Positions 59,931 to 64,000 of a stretch of DNA of 64,000 bases are shown here, in pieces. Position 1 is the first letter of the stretch, and each line of letters opens with the position of its first letter. This stretch comes from Macrostomum lignano. Its lineage: Eukaryota. Made by a program: the position numbers and the translations under genes. The notes under the pieces were generated by a model. The model made no database searches. It saw only the letters and a list, made by a program, of their open reading frames with translations, and was not told the DNA's origin. The DNA lies in assembly GCA_002269645.1 (NCBI GenBank), contig NIVC01001130.1, positions 124,001-188,000 on the forward strand. Direction: 5' to 3'.

Positions 59931-60694
59931 AAATCTGATTAATATTGAGTGAGTAGATCTGGCATTGAGTGAGTAGATATTGGGTGGGTAGATGGGAGTT
60001 AAAATCGTATCCAGAAGGAACTGGGTAGAAATGTTATTGATTTAATTGGTCGTATACAAAGCAGCTGTATTGTTTTTTAGTTGTTGAAAATTTCAATTTC
60101 AATTTCGCTCAAATGCTGCTCATCTTCACGCTTTCTGTGTGATGGCGATTGGGATACTTAAATTATATAGCATGCATATTTACACCTGTTGTAGTTATTC
60201 GCTTCGCTCTTGCATGTCAACAAAAGAGAATTAATCTTCTTCAACTGCTTTAAATGCTTTTATTTTGCCAGTTTTGTTGCTTTTTATATGATTTATTGTT
60301 TATATTTTGCTGTATGCAGCACAGATTGCTTCTGTATATACACGGAATCACGGCACTGATTGTTTTGCATTCTCGTCAACGAATGATTTTCTAATATTGT
60401 TTTCTAGCATTTTGTCTCAGTTCAAAGCGTTCAGACCAGACTGGCACTAGCTACTGCTACTAGTAGGCAGTATTGAAACTTTTCTCTTGAATAATAAAAA
60501 CATTCAATGCTTGTTTAATAATTATAGTTCTTGCCCAAGTTTCACTTGTCAGATGCCGAGGAGTTAGTGCATTCAAATACAGTCATATCTACTCCCGCCC
60601 TTTACTCGTGAGTCCAAGGGCTCAGAAAGCATAAAAAGATTCACAAGGACACAACAGAATCTCATTAAAATCCCAATTTCTCTCCGCAGCCGAA

Positions 60695-63050
60695 ATGCTT
60701 CCCCGCCAGTCTATATTGTTGTTGATCCTTCAATTGATTGCATCATCATCCACCAAAACTGCCCGGCAAAGCAACAATAATTCCCGTAGTAACCGCCTAG
60801 CAACAATTAACGATGCCAACCAGTTGGCCAACTTGTGCATGATGGGGCGGCTGCACAAAGCTGAGCCGGGCCCGGAGCCTGGCCTGACCACCGGGCCTTG
60901 CATCGGCTACTCCGACAGTTCCTGCTGCACCGCCGAGGTCGGCAGTCGATTAGGCAGCAACGACGAGTTCGCACAGGCCGCGTTCCGGCTCGACCACTGC
61001 GGCAGGCGACTGTCGGCCGAGTGCGAGAAATGGTGAGTGACCGACCATTGAGCACGTGGCTGCTCTCTGGGCTACTCAGTGGTAACACCTGTTTGGTTCA
61101 GGTGAATAAGCGCGCATCGATATCAATCGATACTGGAATAAGTGCTGATCGATATTAATCGATACTGGAATAAGTGCCGATCGACATCAATCGATACTGG
61201 AATAAGTGCCGATTGATATTAATACATGCTGGAATAAGTGCCGATCGATATTAATCGATACTGGAATAAGTGCCGATTGATATTAATCGATACTGGAATA
61301 AGTGCCGATCGATATCAGTCGATACTGCAATAAGTGAAAATCGATATTAATCGATACTGGAATAAGTGCAAATCGATATTAATCGATACTGGAATAAGTG
61401 CAAATCGATATTAATCGATACTGGAATAAGTGCAAATCGATATTAATCGATACTGGAATAAGTGCAAATCGATATTAATCGATACTGAAATAAGTGCAAA
61501 TCGATATTAATCGATACTGGAATAAGTGAAAATCGATATTAATCGATACTGCAATAAGTGAAAATCGATATTAATTGATACTGGAAGAAGTGCAAATCGA
61601 TATTAATCGATACTGAAATAAGTGCAAATCGATATTAATCGATACTGGAATAAGTGAAAATCGATATTAATCGATACTGCAATAAGTGAAAATCGATATT
61701 AATTGATACTGGAAGAAGTGAAAATCGATATTAATCGATACTGGAAGAAGTGAAAATCGACATCAATCGATACTGGAATAAGTGCCGATCGATATTAATC
61801 GATACTGGAATAAGTGCTGATCGATATTAATCGATACTGGAATAAGTGCAAATCGATATTAATCGATACTGGAATAAGTGCTGATCGATATCAGTCGATA
61901 CTGGAATAAGTGCCGATTGATATTAATCGATACTGGAATAAGTGCCGATCGATATCAGTCGATACTGCAATAAGTGAAAATCGATATTAATCGATACTGG
62001 AATAAGTGCCGATCGATATTAATCGATACTGGAATAAGTGCTGATCGATATTAATCGATACTGGAATAAGTGCAAATCGATATTAATCGATACTGGAATA
62101 AGTGCTGATCGATATCAGTCGATACTGGAATAAGTGCCGATTGATATTAATCGATACTGGAATAAGTGCCGATCGATATCAGTCGATACTGCAATAAGTG
62201 AAAATCGATATTAATCGATACTGGAATAAGTGCCGATCGATATTAATCGATACTGGAATAAGTGCAAATCGATATTAATCGATACTGGAATAAGTGCAAA
62301 TCGATATTAATCGATACTGGAATAAGTGCCGATCGATATTAATCGATACTGGAATAAGTGCTGATCGATATCAGTCGATACTGGAATAAGTGCCGATCGA
62401 TATCAATCGATACTGGAATAAGTGCAAATCGATACTGGAATAAGCACGCATTAGTATAAATAGCCCTAACTAAGCTAACTAATATCACTCGCTTGCAATC
62501 AACCTTGACTCAAAGGTTCGAGCGCAGCCGCTGCCTGTACGAATGCTCGCCGAATCTCGGGCCCTGGCTGGTGAAAGTGTCCGGCTACAGCTGGCGCACA
62601 GAGCGAGCCTACGGAGTGCCGCTGTGCCATTCCCAGTGCCAGGCCTGGTACGCCGCCTGCGCCGCCGATCTGAGCTGCGTGCCCAACTGGAGCAGCGGCT
62701 TCCGCTGGATCCGCCAGGCCAACGGCAGCGGCTACGTGAACGTGTGCCCCGACGGCGGCCTGGCACAGTGCCGCAGTATTGCCCAGCTGCACAATCATAA
62801 GGCGGAACAATTCTGCGAAACTGTCTGGGACGGCGAATTCAAAGTGGTGCCAGACGGGTCGCCCTGCTTCCAGCTGGACTGGTCCACGGCCACCCGCAAG
62901 GCCAATCCGAACTTGGCTGTGACGCGGGCCGCCAGCCGGGAGAAGGTGGCCGCCTTCTATTATTCCCATGCGAGCGTTTTGAAGACGGCCAGCTCTGTGC
63001 TGTTTGGCTGCGCTCTGCTTGTGCTGCGTCTCTGTTTTGTTGCTTTCTAG
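60695..63050 (+). CDS. FOLR: Folate-receptor family protein (FOLR/Juno/riboflavin-binding fold), two exons, 290 aa, signal peptide and likely GPI signal
   Basis: Exons 60695-61032 and 62516-63050 (phase 2). C...HKAEPGPE, SCCT, DHCG, CLYECSPNLGPW, SWRTER, VPLC...C..W...C, NWSSGFRW, FCETVW; hydrophobic N- and C-termini. Confidence 0.93.
61125..62445. repeat. 32-bp minisatellite filling the FOLR intron
   Basis: Unit TCGATATTAATCGATACTGGAATAAGTGC(CG/AA)A. Confidence 0.96.
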
Positions 63051-63059
63051 TTTTGAAAA

Positions 63060-63570
63060 TTGCTGTGATCCCCAATATCAAAGGAATCCCAATCATTAAG
63101 ATCCCAAACATCAAAGAAATATTAAACTTAAACATTAAAATTCCCAATATCAAAGGAATCTCAATCATTAAAATCCACAATATCAAAGAAATCCCAATCA
63201 TTTATATCCCCAATATCAAAGAAATCCCAATCATTAAGATCCCCAATATCAAGGGAATCCCAATCATTAAAATCCACAATATCAAAGGAATCCCAATCAT
63301 TAAGATCCCCAATATCAAAGGAATCCCAATCATTAAAATCCCCAATATCAAAGGAATCCCAATCATTAAAATCCACAATATCAAAGGAATCCCAATCATT
63401 AAGATCCCCAATATCAAAGGAATCCCAATCATTAAAATCCACAATATCAAAGGAATCCCAATCATTAAAATCCACAATATCAAAGGAATCCCAATCATTA
63501 AAATCCCCAATATCAAAGGAATCCCAATCATTAAAATCCACAATATCAAAGGAATCCCAATCATTAAAAT
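63060..63570. repeat. 33-bp minisatellite immediately after the FOLR stop codon
   Basis: Unit AATATCAAAGGAATCCCAATCATTAAAATCCCC; explains ORFs 63053-63703, 63161-63610 and 63202-63579. Confidence 0.96.
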
Positions 63571-64000
63571 CAATATCAAAGGAATCTCCTATCACATCAG
63601 CGAATCTCAATGCCGAACAATCTCGCTCCAGGCTGCGTGCTACTACAGTTTGTTGTTAGCTTCAATTGTTTACAAACTACTACTAATAAGTAGCTTATAC
63701 TAATGTCAACGATATTTTTATAGCTCTTTGGCACTTTTCTTTCCTTGATTTATAAAAGCGTTAAGGAGTAAAAATCACCTGTAGCGTTGCCTCTCTGATA
63801 AAACAGTCTGCCAACTTTTTGAATTGTTTACAGTATATTTATAAAAGTTTAGTGTTAGTCTCTACTGTTATTAAATCATATATCTACTAGTTGTTGTATG
63901 CATACGGTATATTCTGAAACAGGTGCTGGCCATATGCTATACACTGCTGTCATTCGCTTCAAAATTAGCATTAACAAAGTTAGGAATTTTCCTGGCTACC

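Overview
Eukaryotic (animal) genomic DNA, not prokaryotic. GC/CpG-rich exons with GT-AG introns sit in AT-rich DNA packed with minisatellites and transposons; the style suggests a free-living flatworm such as Macrostomum (inference only). Five spliced genes can be reconstructed by hand with consistent exon phases: a partial PDZ-RhoGEF-like gene (minus, 195-8920), an R-S-E type ADP-ribosyltransferase-like gene (plus, 25497-29004), RSBN1/KDM9-like (minus, 33397-35130), NDST heparan sulfate N-deacetylase/N-sulfotransferase (plus, ~52601-58923, one apparent 1-bp frameshift) and a folate-receptor-family gene (plus, 60695-63050). Mobile DNA includes a young, intact gag-only LTR element (10486-13702), a Merlin element, Tc1/mariner-, hAT- and Harbinger-type MITEs with target-site duplications, an EnSpm-like element, and decayed LINE, Gypsy and P-element copies. 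There is one assembly gap (47125-47261). Most ORF-track entries are artefacts of tandem repeats or antisense reading. The most interesting items are the gag-only LTR element with a ~1 kb AUG-free leader, and the intron-containing, apparently cytosolic toxin-like ADP-ribosyltransferase.
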